Below are positions 25,635 to 37,848 of a stretch of 64,000 bases of DNA, piece by piece; positions within the stretch are counted from its first letter, which is position 1, and the number at the start of each line of letters is the position of its first letter. The notes below the pieces were generated by a model, which searched no databases, was not told where the DNA came from, and saw nothing but the letters and a program-made list of their open reading frames with translations. Source of the stretch: Eledone cirrhosa (lineage: Eukaryota); contig OZ024755.1 in NCBI GenBank assembly GCA_964016885.1, positions 38,130,001 through 38,194,000 on the forward strand, given 5' to 3'. Position numbers and translations under genes: made by a program.

Positions 25635-26060
25635 ATCATCATCATCATTATCATCATCGTATCGTTTAATGTCCATCTTCCACGCTAGCATGGGTTAGAC
25701 GGGAGTTGTCCCACTTGAGGCAAGGTAGGTCGGGTGACCACGTCTCGCTCGTATAGGACTATCTGGCAGGTTTTCTACGGCTGGATGCCCTTCCTAACAC
25801 CAACCACAGTTACAGTGGAACTGGGAACTTTGTACCGTGTTACCTACACGGCCACTTTACAGCGTGGACTGTGTGTGTGGTTTTTTTTGTGTTTTTTTGT
25901 CGTGACACCTACACGACATCGATCTCATTTATCTCATTTATTTGGACTGGATGTTGTGGTACCAACTTTACAGAGAGAGGGTGGTGTTGGTGGGAGTGGG
26001 ATGATAGGGTCGGGGTAGTGGATTGGGGTGTATATTTGGTTAAGAAGTACCTACTGACAA
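25635..26060 (-). mobile_element. RTE LINE 3' UTR fragment
   Basis: (TCA)n followed by ...CCACGCTAGCATGGGTTAGACGG... and GGATGCCCTTCCTAACACC. Confidence 0.85.
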
Positions 26061-26300
26061 TATATATATATACCATCATCATCATCATTTTACGTCCGCT
26101 TTTCTCTGCTTGCAAGGGTGGGACGGGTCCTATTCAGCACAGCATCTCTCCACTTGTCACGGTCCTTCGTCATCTCCTCCGTGAGCTTCAGCAATCTGAG
26201 GTCTGCTCTCACCATGTATATATGTATATATATTAAATCTAAGCCCTTTTATCATAATTTTATGAAAGAACCTTTTGTTAAGTTCTAAGCACTGGATTAA

Positions 26301-26513
26301 CCCTTTACTCCCTCTATATTTACTATTGTGTTTTTGTGGTAAACACTTTATCTTACATAATTATCTCACATATTATCGAATCTACAAGATTTTGATGTTA
26401 TTTATTTTGAGAACAATACCTTAATGTCAGTATGAGCAGCCGGTTATGGCTCGTTTGAACAGAAAGAGATGAAAGAATTCTGGCCAGATACAGTTGGTTT
26501 AAATGCTAAAGGG
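26301..26513. mobile_element. piggyBac-type MITE
   Basis: TTAA|CCCTTTA...TAAAGGG|TTAA. Confidence 0.85.
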
Positions 26514-26784
26514 TTAATCCTTTTGATGCCAAACCACTTGAAATTGTCCTACATTCTATGGAACAATAATATACTTGCATATTTGCTTATGCATATGTAC
26601 GCATGTATGTTTATATGTAAGTTTATACGTATGTTTATATATATATTTATATTATGTATGTAGGTAAAATTTATATATTTATCTAAAAACCTTCCATAAT
26701 AATTATATGTAAGAATCAATATGAAGGTATATTGCAAACACCAGCTTGATAATGATAAAGTTAGTTATATTATTTAATCTATTG

Positions 26785-26952
26785 GTGGATTGGCAGTATC
26801 GCTAGAACATCAGACAACATGCTTTGCAGCATTGAGTTATGGCCCTTTATGGTCTGAGTTCAAATCCCTTTGCCTTACGAGGTCAATGAAATAAAGTACC
26901 AGTAATGCACTGGGGTAATTGCTGGTCTTGTGCCAAAAGTAGAAACAATTAT
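26785..26952 (+). mobile_element. SINE-B with small internal deletion
   Basis: Head, B-box and tail match the family. Confidence 0.85.
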
Positions 26953-27205
26953 TTAATCTGTCTAAATTCTTGACTATTTTCAAAGGGATTTATTTGAAAA
27001 TCTCAGGCAGTGTCTTTTGTTAGAAATATTGTAATGAAATGGTTAAAAATGGAGAAGTTAAAAATATTTTATAAAATCCATAAAATATTTTTATTTAAAA
27101 AGAAAATGAATTGCAATGTGCTGACTGTATTTCCTTAGTAATATGATCACAAAAGTGCTCAACTCAAAATAAAAAAAAAAGAATGGAAATGTTGTTGCTG
27201 TTTAA

Positions 27206-28061
27206 CCCTTTAACATTTACATTACTCTATATATACTATTGTATTTTCACAGTAAAGGCTTTACCTCACATAATATCTCACATAACATTTACATTACTCT
27301 ATATATACTATTGTATTTTCATGGTAAAGGCTTTATCTCACATAATATCTCACATAACATTTACATTACTCTATATATACTATTGTATTTTCATGGTAAA
27401 GGCTTTACCTCACATAATATCTCACATAACATTTACATTACTCTATATATACTATTGTATTTTCATGGTAAAGGCTTTATCTCACATAATATCTCACATA
27501 ACATTTACATTACTCTATATATACTATTGTATTTTCACAGTAAAGTCTTTACCTCACATAATATCTCACATAACATTTACATTACTCTATATATACTATT
27601 GTATTTTCACAGTAAAGTCTTTACCTCACATAATATCTCACATAACATTTACATTACTCTATATATACTATTATAGTTTCATAGTAAAGGCTTTACCTAA
27701 CATAATATCTCACATAACATTTACATTACTCTATATATACTATTATATTTTCATGGTAAAGGCTTTATCTCACATAATATCTCACATAACATTTACATTA
27801 CTCTATATATACTATTATATTTTCATTGTAAAGACTTTATCTCACATAACATTTACATTACTCTATATATACTTTGTATTTTCATGGTAAAGGCTTTACC
27901 TCACATAATTATTTCACGTAAAATGAAATCTACGAGATTTTGATGTTATTTATTTTGAGAACAATACCTTAACGTCAGTATGAGCAGCCAGTTATGGTCA
28001 GTTTGAACAGAAAGGAGTGAGAGAATTCTGGCCAGTTACAGCCAGTTTAAATTCTAAAGAG
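27206..28061. mobile_element. piggyBac-type MITE expanded by approx. 10 tandem copies of a 72-bp sub-terminal unit
   Basis: TTAA at 27202-27205 and 28062-28065; 72-bp period from 27213, giving the 24-aa repeat ORF at 27183. Confidence 0.9.
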
Positions 28062-28290
28062 TTAAGCCTTTACTTGTCATATTTCTAATGAACAACACTG
28101 CCTATGATCTTCAATTTATTTTGTAAGTAATCAGGAAATTTGGAGGGGATTTAGTAACATAACTAACATATCTATGTACATAATATGTATATAAACATCC
28201 TGTCTTGGACTTTATGAAGTGCTGAAGAGATAATACAAGCTGTTGTCTAGTATCTCCACATAAACACATCATTCTTTATAATACATATAG

Positions 28291-28941
28291 CAGTCCCAGC
28301 ATTCAGGGAATTTTCCTTAGAACCTAACTAATAATTGTTCATGGATACTACTGCATCATCATCATCATCATCATCACTTTACGTCCGCTTTTCCCTGCTT
28401 GCAAGGGTGGGACGGGAACTGATTCTGGCTTGATGTCTACAGCTGGATGCCCTTCCTAACACCAACCTCATTTACAGTGAGTGCTGGGTGCTTTTTTGCC
28501 GTGGCACCTCCACGACCACTTTACAGTGGAATGATAGGGACCCCAGTCCCTATCATCTCATTTCTACAGCTGAGTAAACTGGAGCAATGTGAAATAAAGT
28601 GTCTTGCTCAAGGACACAACACATCACCCGGTCTGAGAATTGAACTCACAACCTTTCAATTGCAAGGCAAATGCCCTAACCACTAATCCATGTGCCTCCA
28701 TATTCGTGAAATTGTGAATATCTACTGCGATTTTTCATGGCTTTTTTCGTAGCAATATATATTTTTTCACGCTTTTAAACGCTAACTTAATAACGAAAAT
28801 ATACCGTATTTGCTGGCCTATATCTAATGTTAGGTCTTGATGTTTGTAGGCATTTTTGTGGACCAGGTCCAATATTCACTGTTTTTCATTCTTCACAAGT
28901 GCTCTAGGAACATAACGCCCGTGGATAACAAGGGGCAACTG
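28291..28941. mobile_element. pogo/Tigger-like MITE remnant interrupted by SINE-A
   Basis: Homologous to 43190-43549 on both sides of the SINE; ends ...GGATAACAAGGGGCAACTG|TA. The left boundary is approximate. Confidence 0.65.
28355..28700 (-). mobile_element. SINE-A, full length
   Basis: Reverse complement of the family consensus with (TCA)n tail. Confidence 0.9.
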
Positions 28942-29019
28942 TATTTAATATAGTATGCAAATATGTGTTTTTGTTGAATTCCTGGAGATCAAACATGCGG
29001 ATTTGTCCTGATTAACAAA

Positions 29020-29500
29020 AAAAGGCTGCGCCTCATTGACGCTCACCTCGCGCTCTTCCTCTTGAGGAACTGTTTCACCCTCCCCAAACTCACATTCATG
29101 CTATGCGGTGCACCTTGCCACCTCCACGCAGATCTTCTTGGGGAATTTGATGCCACCATTTAACGCTGTGCGGAACTCACCTGCAATGTCAGTTTCGATA
29201 GTGCAGGCTGGCAACTGGCAACACTCCCAGCAAGGTTCGGTGGCCTCCAATCAGCTTCAGACCTAGCTTTACCTGCCTACTCTATCTCCTCTTGTCGCGC
29301 TCTCGTCAGCGAGGTTCTCAGCCAGATGGCCGAACCTGACCTGACCTCTGAGATGGAACAGGCTCTGGCCTACTGGACAGGCAAAGGCCTCTCTATCCTC
29401 GGTCCAATGTAACTTGGGATGACATCAATTGCAGGTCCTCTGTCGGGCAGATCAAGTCTGGCTTGGACCAACACCACCTCGCCTGCCTCCGTTCCGCTTG
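29020..29500 (+). mobile_element. Decayed fragment of a CRE-clade-like non-LTR retrotransposon
   Basis: GC-richer island translating to LRLIDAHLALFLLRNCFTLPKLTFML..APC..LLGEFD..CNV..WQLATLPARFGGL, resembling the post-RT region of CRE-like elements (recognised from memory). Confidence 0.65.
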
Positions 29501-30298
29501 ACTGATGAGATGCTAAGAGGATCGGGAGAAGTAGGAGCCAAACTAGTAACTCACATGGTCATTCAGGTAATACAGGACGGTGTCTTACCCAATGACTGAT
29601 GTAGCAGTACAATCATAAATGCCTACAAGGGCAAAGGTGAGGCCTTAGATAGGAGCAACTACAGAGGAATAAAACTAATGGACCAAATTATGAAAGTGAT
29701 GGAAAGCGTCAAATTAGATGAGATACAGTTTGGTTTCATGCTTGGGAAAAGTACAACGGACGCCCTCTTTTTAGTGAGGCAACTACAAGAGAAGTTCTTA
29801 GCAAAAAATAAGCCACTATATTTGGCTTTCTTTGACCTAGAAAAAGTGTTTGACAAAGTATCCCAATCTATTATCTGGGGGTCTTTAAAGAAATTAGGTG
29901 CAGAAGAATGGTTGGTGAGAGCAGTGCAAGTCATGTACAGAGGAGCTGTCAGTAAAGTGAGAGTAGGAAATGAGTTTAGTGAGGGGTTCAGGGTACAAGT
30001 AGGAGATTATCAAGGTTCGGTTCTTAGCCCACTCCTATTCATTATAGACCTCCAGGCCATAACAGAGGAGTTTAAGACCAGCTGCCCATGGGAACTTCTC
30101 TATGCAGATGAACTGGTCCTTATAAATGAATCCATTAAAGACTTAGAAAATAAGTTCCGATTATGGAAACACTTAGAATTAAAAAGCCTCAGAGTAAACT
30201 TAGCCACAACTAAAGTGTTAGTGGGTAGGAAAGAAGATAGGACCCAGATTCTCTTAGGGAAGTGGCCCTGCTCAATATGTAGAAAAGGAGTAGGAGTG
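29501..30298 (+). mobile_element. Decayed RTE LINE RT fragment, same family as 7772
   Basis: YKGKGEALDRSNYRGIKLMDQ, QFGF, DLEKVFD, QGSVLSPLLF, YADE; ends inside the Cys finger (KWPCSICRKGVG). Confidence 0.9.
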
Positions 30299-30461
30299 GA
30301 TAAAATAAACAACCAGTAATACACTAGTGTCAATTTATTCAACTTTCTCCTCCCAAATTGTTGGTCTTGTGCCTAAATCAGAAACCATTATCATCTAAAA
30401 TAAATAAAATGCCATGAATTCCTCCTAGAATAGATACAATAGTTAAACGAGGCTTACAATC

Positions 30462-30770
30462 ATCAGTTTGTCTTTACCGGTTTCATTCATTAAACTGCAG
30501 CCATGCTGGGACTCTGCCTTAAAAGGATTAGTCAATTGTATCAACTCCAGTACTTATTTTTTTCAACTCTAGTACTTATACTATTGATCTCTTTTTTTGT
30601 TGAACAGTTAAGCTACTCTATAAACAGACAGATACCGGCTCAAACGTAAACATAAACACATATACACACATATACATATACACACATATACATATACACA
30701 CATATACATACACACACATATATATACACAATGGCCTTCTGCAGTTTCTGTCTATCAAATTCTACTCAAA
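30462..30770 (-). mobile_element. Old octopus-type SINE with internal (CA/TA)n (third family)
   Basis: ACTGCAGCCATGCTGG...CCAGTACTTAT...CAGTTTCTGTCTATCAAAT resembles a common octopus SINE as I recall it; strongly decayed. Confidence 0.55.
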
Positions 30771-31133
30771 TAGTTTGCAGATTTATTAAGATTTTTTAGT
30801 ATGAGTCTCTTATCAGCCATACATAACCCACAACAGCTAGTTCCATTTCTGTGTGGTCTATATTTTGGGGGAATCTTTTATATACTAAAATCAGTAACAT
30901 CTATTTTGAAACTCCAGACATAATTGCATAACTGTGTTCTATTCTTTTTTCCTATAAATTTCAATGAAGAAGTAGGGTTAAAGTATCTTTGTTAAAATGT
31001 ACCTTCCATCATATATTAAGAAAACTCTGTTCTTTGACACAAATTCTGCCAGGGTTAAAAAAAAATGACCTTGTGTTTATTCACCATCAGCATGGGTCTG
31101 TTTGAAAATCTTGTTGGCTTATATACCCTAGAT

Positions 31134-31318
31134 CCGGCATGTCAAATTGAGAGTCACATAACTGTTATCTGAGGGCCACACATGACAACTAATTGCACAC
31201 ATTACAACTTTTTTTAATTTTTTATTTCATATTACAAAGATAAAACATGATCGTGCTGTAAAAACGTTTGTGCAGGCTGCAGGTGTGCTGCTAAAGGGCC
31301 ACATGTTTGACATACCTG
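31134..31318. mobile_element. hAT (Charlie-like) MITE
   Basis: Perfect 8-bp TSD CCCTAGAT at 31126-31133 and 31319-31326; TIRs CCGGCATGTCAAA / TTTGACATACCTG. Confidence 0.85.
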
Positions 31319-31533
31319 CCCTAGATACACTCAGTAAGAAATTTATCACATTAAATATTGACTCAGAGATGATGATTTGGCTATTTCCTAACACGACAAT
31401 GAACATATATTAGATAATTGAAATAGAAAAATTTGCTGTAATTGTTTTTTACAAAATAAAATAGTCTAATGATAAAGGTGTATAAACCCATCGAATGGGA
31501 AAAGATGTCCATCTTTTTCTATTCAGTGGGTTT

Positions 31534-31718
31534 TCATCATCACCGTTTTACATCCGTTCTTCCACGCTAGCATGGGTTAGACGGGTTGTCCTGTTGTGGG
31601 CAGTGTCTGGTTGGCTGACAATGTCTAGCTCATACAGGAACTGATTTGGCTTGATTTCTACAGCTGGATGCCCTTCCTAACACCAACCTCATTTACAGTG
31701 AGTGCTGGGTGCTTTTTC
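31534..31718 (-). mobile_element. 3' UTR fragment of the 7772 LINE subfamily
   Basis: Closely matches the reverse complement of about 10205-10390. Confidence 0.9.
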
Positions 31719-32379
31719 GTGCTATTTCAATTTTCAAACTCCACTCACTTTCTAAATATACTTCCTTTATATATTAGATAGTTTTTAGAAATACTTTTAG
31801 GTCTTAGTATATAAACACTTTTATTTCTTTGAAGCATTTTTGGAGTATTACTTAACAGAGATTCTTACAATTATAATAAAATGTTTTTAGATAAATATAA
31901 AGAATTTAAAATAAACAGTTTTGTAATGTAAAACTAGGATTGGTTTAGGTGATTTTGTGTTGAAAGGGTTAAACAAATAGAATGTGAAATATTTGTGATT
32001 GTTATCAAGTTTGAAGAAGCTACTACTAGATCATAACACAACTTATGATATTTCATGTCAAGGGTTAAAACACTGCTCCTTCACTTGAATATATTTTCAA
32101 AGAGTAAAGTTTTCCTTGGATATAAAGTTACTGAAGATAAGAGAAGCAACACTGTCACATGAATGTATTTCTATAATTATTCATACAAGGACATCCCATA
32201 TCTTTGTAACTGAGATCTTATCATCATGTTTTTTATTTCTACCTCTCCATGCTGTCATGAGTTGCATAAACTGACTTCCTTGCTCAATAAATTTTTTGCA
32301 GCTGGACACCCTTACTAATGTCACTCATACTTTACAGGGTTTGCTGGGTGCATTTTATCATGGTTAAGGAATTTGACTC

Positions 32380-32668
32380 ACTATAGTAAGGTTATGAGGT
32401 CAATTCCCCCCGGCAGCGCATTGTGTTCTTGAGCAAGACACTTTATTTTACATTGCTCCAGTCCACTCAGCTGGCAAAAATGAGTTGTACCTCTAGTTTG
32501 AAGTTGTCAGCCTTGTCACATTCTGTGTCATGCTGAATCTCCCTGAGAACTACATTAAGGGTATGCGTGTTTGTGGAATACGCAGCCACTTGTACGTTAA
32601 TTTCATAAGCAGGCTGTTCCATTGGTCAGATCAACTGGAACACTCGTCAATATAACCGACAGAGTGCC
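32380..32668 (+). mobile_element. CORE-like SINE with a different 3' half (SINE-A relative)
   Basis: TTCTTGAGCAAGACACTTTATT..ACATTGCTCCAG followed by a non-RTE tail; decayed homologs near 49440-49590 and 53690-53860 on the minus strand. Confidence 0.7.
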
Positions 32669-32672
32669 TTAA

Positions 32673-32894
32673 CCCTTTACCATTTACATTACTCTATATA
32701 CACTATTGTATTTTTGTGGTAAACACTTTACCTCACATAATTATCTCACATAATATCGAACCTATGAGTAGTTTTTATGTTATTTCTTTGAGTACAACAC
32801 CTTAACAGCAGTATGAGTGGCTGGTTATGGCCAGTTTGAACAGAAAGAGGTGAGAGGCTTCTGGCCGGATATGGCCGGTTTAAATGCTAAAGGG
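32673..32894. mobile_element. piggyBac-type MITE
   Basis: TTAA at 32669-32672 and 32895-32898. Confidence 0.85.
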
Positions 32895-33096
32895 TTAAAA
32901 GCTCTAATGAAATATTGTTAAAATTAAGCATGAAACAAATTGGGCAACATAAATAAAGAACGTTTCTTTTTTAAAGATGAGTGCAAAGATTTGGCTGTTA
33001 TTTTTAACAAGTTAAATGACCTCATTGCCTCATGTTGTTATTGTAGTTGTTAGTAATGATGATGTTGTTATTGGTGGTGATAGCTTTAACAGTTGT

Positions 33097-33340
33097 TTAA
33101 CCCCAGGTCAGCCAGGAACAGGCAAACCTATGGTTAAAGATGTCTTTAACCCCAGGTCAGCCAGGAACAAGCAGACCTATGGTTAAAGATGTCTTTAACC
33201 CCAGGCAAGCCAGGAACAAGCAGACCTATGGTTAAAGATGTCTTTAACCCCAGGCAAGCCAGGAACAGGCAGACATATGATTAAAGATGTCTTTAACCCC
33301 AAGCCAACCAGGAACAGGTAGACCTGGGATTAAAGATGTC
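33097..33340. repeat. 49-bp tandem repeat (approx. 5 copies) within an old interspersed repeat
   Basis: TTAACCCCAGG.CAGCCAGGAACA.GCAGACCTATGGTTAAAGATGTCT. Confidence 0.85.
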
Positions 33341-33464
33341 CCAATCATACAGTTCAGGCTTTATTTCATTTTTTATTGTTCTTATTCATCATCATGATCA
33401 TCACCACCACCATCACCACCACCATCAACATCACCATCATCACCACCACCATCACCATCACCAT

Positions 33465-33965
33465 CACCATCATCATCGTTTAACGTCCATTTTCCACGCT
33501 AGTATGGGTTGGACGTGTTTGTCTCACTTGAGACAAGATTGGTCAGGTGACCGTGTCTCACTCGTATAGGACTGTATCTGCCAGGTTTTCTATGTCTGGA
33601 TGCCCTTCCTACCACCAACTACCTTTACAGTGTTGACTGGGAGCCTTTTTACCGTGTTACCTATACGGCCACATCACAGTGTGGACTGGATTTTTTTTTC
33701 TGTGACGCCTCCACAACCTCTTTAGTTTGGACTGGATGCTGTGGTACCAACATAACTTTACAGAGAAAGGGATGATGTTGGTGGGAGTGTGAGGATGGAG
33801 TAGGGGTAGTGGGTTGGGGTGTATATTTGGTTAAGAGGGGCTTACTGACTGTAGGTTTAACTTTGTATGTAGGGGAAGGCGGGTTTTCTGTATTACTGCG
33901 TGGCGTCAAAGATCTTAGAGAGGTGTAAGTGTGCAAGGTCTGATTTTATCACCTCATCCCAGGTT
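33465..33965 (-). mobile_element. RTE LINE 3'-end element
   Basis: The minus strand starts ACCTGGGATGAGGTGATAAAA (cf. LINE 10025) and ends in a (TGA/TGG)n tail. Confidence 0.85.
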
Positions 33966-34235
33966 ATTGTTGTTATTGAGACAGTAAATCTAGAACTACA
34001 TTACTTAACATATCTTCTCGGGGTTTATAACAGTAGCATTTGGTTTTACAGAGATGTGACTGCTATTCCTAGCATGTAAAGTAACCATGTAGTAGCTACC
34101 TCTTTGAGACAATGATTTTATTTACCTCTTTTGATACAAAGTTGTTCAAAACCTTTCCTGGTTCTACGATACATTTTATAGAGTCTATATTTACCTATAA
34201 ACCCTCCACCTTAATCTTATGTAGATGCTTATGTC

Positions 34236-34515
34236 ATCATCCAGCAGCCTCAGCCAAAATAGACTCAACAATTGATTTCCACGTGGGTCTGTTGTTCATT
34301 GCCGTTGCCAGGTCCTGGATTTCAATACCAAAATCTCTGGAGATGACATCGTGATAGGAGAGCTTGCGCCCCCTGTTATTAGTGACTGCTTGTGGTTTCC
34401 AAGCACTAATGGGGACACAGCCACGTAGGTGGCACGATGTCAGTGGCCAGCAAATCTTACTCTCCTTTTATGTACAATGACAAATATGCATGGGAGGCGA
34501 GCATATATCTCTCTC
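34236..34515 (-). mobile_element. 3' end of another decayed LINE ORF (RTE/RTEX-like)
   Basis: Minus strand: ..RRVRFAGH*HRA..WKPQAVTNNRGRKLSYHDVISRDFGIEIQDLATAMNNRPTWKSIV..**, with a frameshift. Confidence 0.75.
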
Positions 34516-34597
34516 AAATGTCAGATGTTGTCAGCTTATGTTCTGAATGCGTTAAATATGTAATGATATATTTGTATTTATTTATATATATATATAT

Positions 34598-34935
34598 GGA
34601 GGCACATGGCTTAGTGGTTAGAGCATTGGCCTTGCAATCGAAAAGTTGTGAGTTCAATTCTCAGACCGGGTGATGTGTTGTTTCCTTGAGCAAGACACTT
34701 TATTTTACATTGCTCCAGTTTACTCAGCTGTAGAAATGAGATGATAGGGACTGGGGTCCATATCATTCCACTGTAAAGTGGTCGTGTAGGTGCCACGGAA
34801 AACAAGCACCCAACACTCACTGTAAATGAGGTTGGTGTTAGGAAGGGCATCCAGCTGTAGAAATCAAGCCAGAATCAGTTCCTGTCCCACCCTTGCAAGC
34901 AGGGAAAAGCGGACGTAAAATGATGATGATGATGA
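34598..34935 (+). mobile_element. SINE-A, full length
   Basis: Matches the family consensus. Confidence 0.9.
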
Positions 34936-35295
34936 TATATATACATGATGGCTGCAAAGTCTGATAAGAGTACTGCAATTGCTTGGAGGATTATAGAGTT
35001 TGGTGCAATTTTAGGCTACGGCCAGTCACGCAAACCTGTAACATATCCTGAACAAGCAATGCCTGTGCTTTGAAGGTTTTTAAAGTGGGGAAAGGCCTTG
35101 CACTTGACCAATCCCACTTTCTGAGCATTGAAAACACTACCCAGAGGTCAACAGCATCAGATGCTTCCGAAGCCACAGGTTGTTTTTCAGTTTCCCTCTC
35201 CTAGAAAGGTGTCGTGACAACAACTGGGGGCCTTTCACTCACAGGTGAAAAAATATATCATTTTATGACCCTCCCAAAGTATAACAATAAATATT

Positions 35296-35328
<33 letters not shown>

Positions 35329-35359
35329 GTACATACATATATATATATATATATAGTTC

Positions 35360-35523
35360 AATCCTTTTGTCACAATATTTCTAATGAAAGACACTGCCTA
35401 AAATATTTAAATAATTTGGAAAATAATCATTATTAAATCCAAACAAATTCTTTATTATTTTCAAAATTATTTGAAAATCATAAACAGTGTTTTACATTAG
35501 AAATATTGTAAGAAAAGGTTTAA
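35360..35523. mobile_element. Second TTAA-type hairpin MITE family
   Basis: CCTTTTGTCACAATATTTCTAATGAAAGACACTG ... CAGTGTTTTACATTAGAAATATTGTAAGAAAAGG; related ends near 27005-27047, 28066 and 36036. Confidence 0.65.
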
Positions 35524-36438
35524 TTATTCACACATCTGAAGCTGTTCTTGGTTCTATACAAATATGTTTGTTTTAGAATGTTTATATTTATCTAAAAACC
35601 TTCCATCATAATTTTATGTAATAATTGTTTCTACTTTAGGCACAAGGCCAGCAATTACCCAGTGCATTACTGGTGTAATAATCTTCATCAAATTATATTC
35701 CAAACACCATGTCCAATGTCTCCTCTTTAAAGATGAATGGGGAGATTGGCTGCTATTTCTAGCATGTCAATCGACCACAGAAAAGCTCCTTCTGTGATAC
35801 AATAATTTTATTTAATGTTAAATACCAAATAGTTAAAATTAAAAAGAAAATGTTTAAAATGTTTAATTATTTTCTTGTTTTCAGAATACCGCCTACAACC
35901 CACCAGTGGAAAAGCCTGGAGATTACAGTGCATAGTAAGAATCTTTTAAACTTATAAAAAAAAAAATTATTTTTAAATATTTTATTTTTAATTTTCATGT
36001 ATAACATATTTATATTCTCATGTATAAGATAACACCATTTTGTTACAATATTTTTAATGAAAGACACTGTCCATGACTTTCAGATATATATCATTTCATT
36101 AAGGCATAACCGTCAACATAATATTACAAATAGAAAGAGAAAATAAAAGAAGATAATATACACATGTAGGACCACATTCAACAAAAGGCAGGTGAAAGGG
36201 GGGGGGGCGACAAACGAACCGCTGCCAGAGCAAAAGATAACGATATCCCAAAGAGCACTGGGAAACCTCTCTAATAACACCAGATTTTTTTTTGTTTTTT
36301 TTTTTGTTTTTACATAGTAAAAATACTGATTTCTTTTGATAGAGCATGTATATAGTAGATAGTTTGATCAATACTGGTAGGACTATCGTTGGGGGACATT
36401 TCAGTATTGGTTAAGATATTAGTGGGCCCCCATATCAA

Positions 36439-37002
36439 TCTATATACTACTACAACTCTGTGATTGTGTCTTGTCTGTAATTTAATTCAACCAAAAGGGT
36501 GCATAATGGGAAAATACTTTGAAAGGAAGTTGACCATGAAATGGGAATACAAATGGAATAAAACAAGTTTTGTGTAAATCTGAGCACGGGTTCCCGAGAT
36601 ATGGGGTTTTTCCTTCATAAACAGAGAGAGAGAGAGATAGTGGTTGTGAGAGAGGGAGAGAGATAGTGGTTGTGAGGGAGGGAGAGAGAGAGAGAGATAG
36701 TGGTTGTGAAAGAGGGAGAGAGATAGTGGTTGTGAGGGAGAGAGATAGTGGTTGTGAGAGAGAGAGAGATAGTGGTTGTGAGAGAGAGAGAGAGAGATAG
36801 TGGTTGTGAGAGAGGGAGAGAGATAGTGGTTGTGAGGGAGGGAGAGAGAGAGATAGTGGTTGTGAGGGAGGGAGAGAGAGAGAGATAGTGGTTCTGAGGG
36901 AGTAGATTGAAAGAGAGAGACGTCTGTATATTTTAATTATTTAAAAAATTATTTTTAAGTGAACATGACTCAACAGGTCATGGGTGGTTTAGTATTGGCT
37001 AG
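36439..37002 (+). mobile_element. Helitron-like element carrying a GA-rich minisatellite
   Basis: A|TCTATATACTAC 5' end; 3' hairpin CATGAC-7nt-GTCATG followed by TTAGT/CTAGT; internal GAGAGATAGTGGTTGT repeats at 36624-36900. Confidence 0.5.
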
Positions 37003-37405
37003 TGGGACATTTTAGTATTGGCTATGATCTTAGTGGGACATTTTAGTATTGGCTATGATCTTAGTGGGACATTTTAGTTTTGGCTATGATCTTAGTGGGA
37101 CATTTTAGTATTGGCTATGATCTTAGTGGGACATTCTAGTATTGGCTATGATCTTAGTGGGACATTTTAGTATTGGCTATGATCTTAGTGGGACATTTTA
37201 GTTTTGGCTATGATCTTAGTGGGACATTTTAGTATTGGCTATGATCTTAGTGGGACATTCTAGTATTGGCTATGATCTTAGTGGGACATTCTAGTTTTGG
37301 CTATGATCTTAGTGGGACATTTTAGTTTTGGCTATGATCTTAGTGGGACATTTTAGTATTGGCTATGATCTTAGTAGGACATTTTAGTTTTGGCTAAGAT
37401 CTTAG
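37000..37405. repeat. 31-bp tandem repeat (approx. 13 copies)
   Basis: TAGTGGGACATTTTAGTATTGGCTATGATCT. Confidence 0.95.
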
Positions 37406-37848
37406 ATGTATTTTTAGCCAATATCAGTAATTACCAAAATCTCTGACTAAATATTTTCAGCTGTGCAATAGCCTCCATGTTTTTTGTACATATTTTATTT
37501 ATTATTATTGATTGACCGACAACATCCCAGACCTCATTCACCTACCAAGTGGAGTGGAACTCATCAAATTGGACAAAAGAACAATGTTTCTATTGGTCTT
37601 TCCATTGCTAGTACTATCTTTTGGCGACCACCCCAAAATATTGAGAAAAATTTCTTAAAATCCCATGAAGAACCTGAGAAAGAAAAACTATCGTATTTAA
37701 GTAGCTTATATTGTGAACGATATTTTCTACACATAGAAATAGAGAGAAAGAATCTAGGCTACAGGATGTAGACCAAAAGAAATTACTATTATTCTTTCTC
37801 AAATCTGAATATTTATTTCCTGAGGAGACTTTTGAAATATAATAGCCA

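Noticed and set aside
25545-25635. Possible exon after TGTTTTGCAG
   Set aside because: There is no convincing donor, all frames close within about 25 codons, and no peptide is recognisable.
37484-37771. 95-aa ORF as a CDS
   Set aside because: It has a non-ATG start and no recognisable motif; retained only as a weak exon-like finding.
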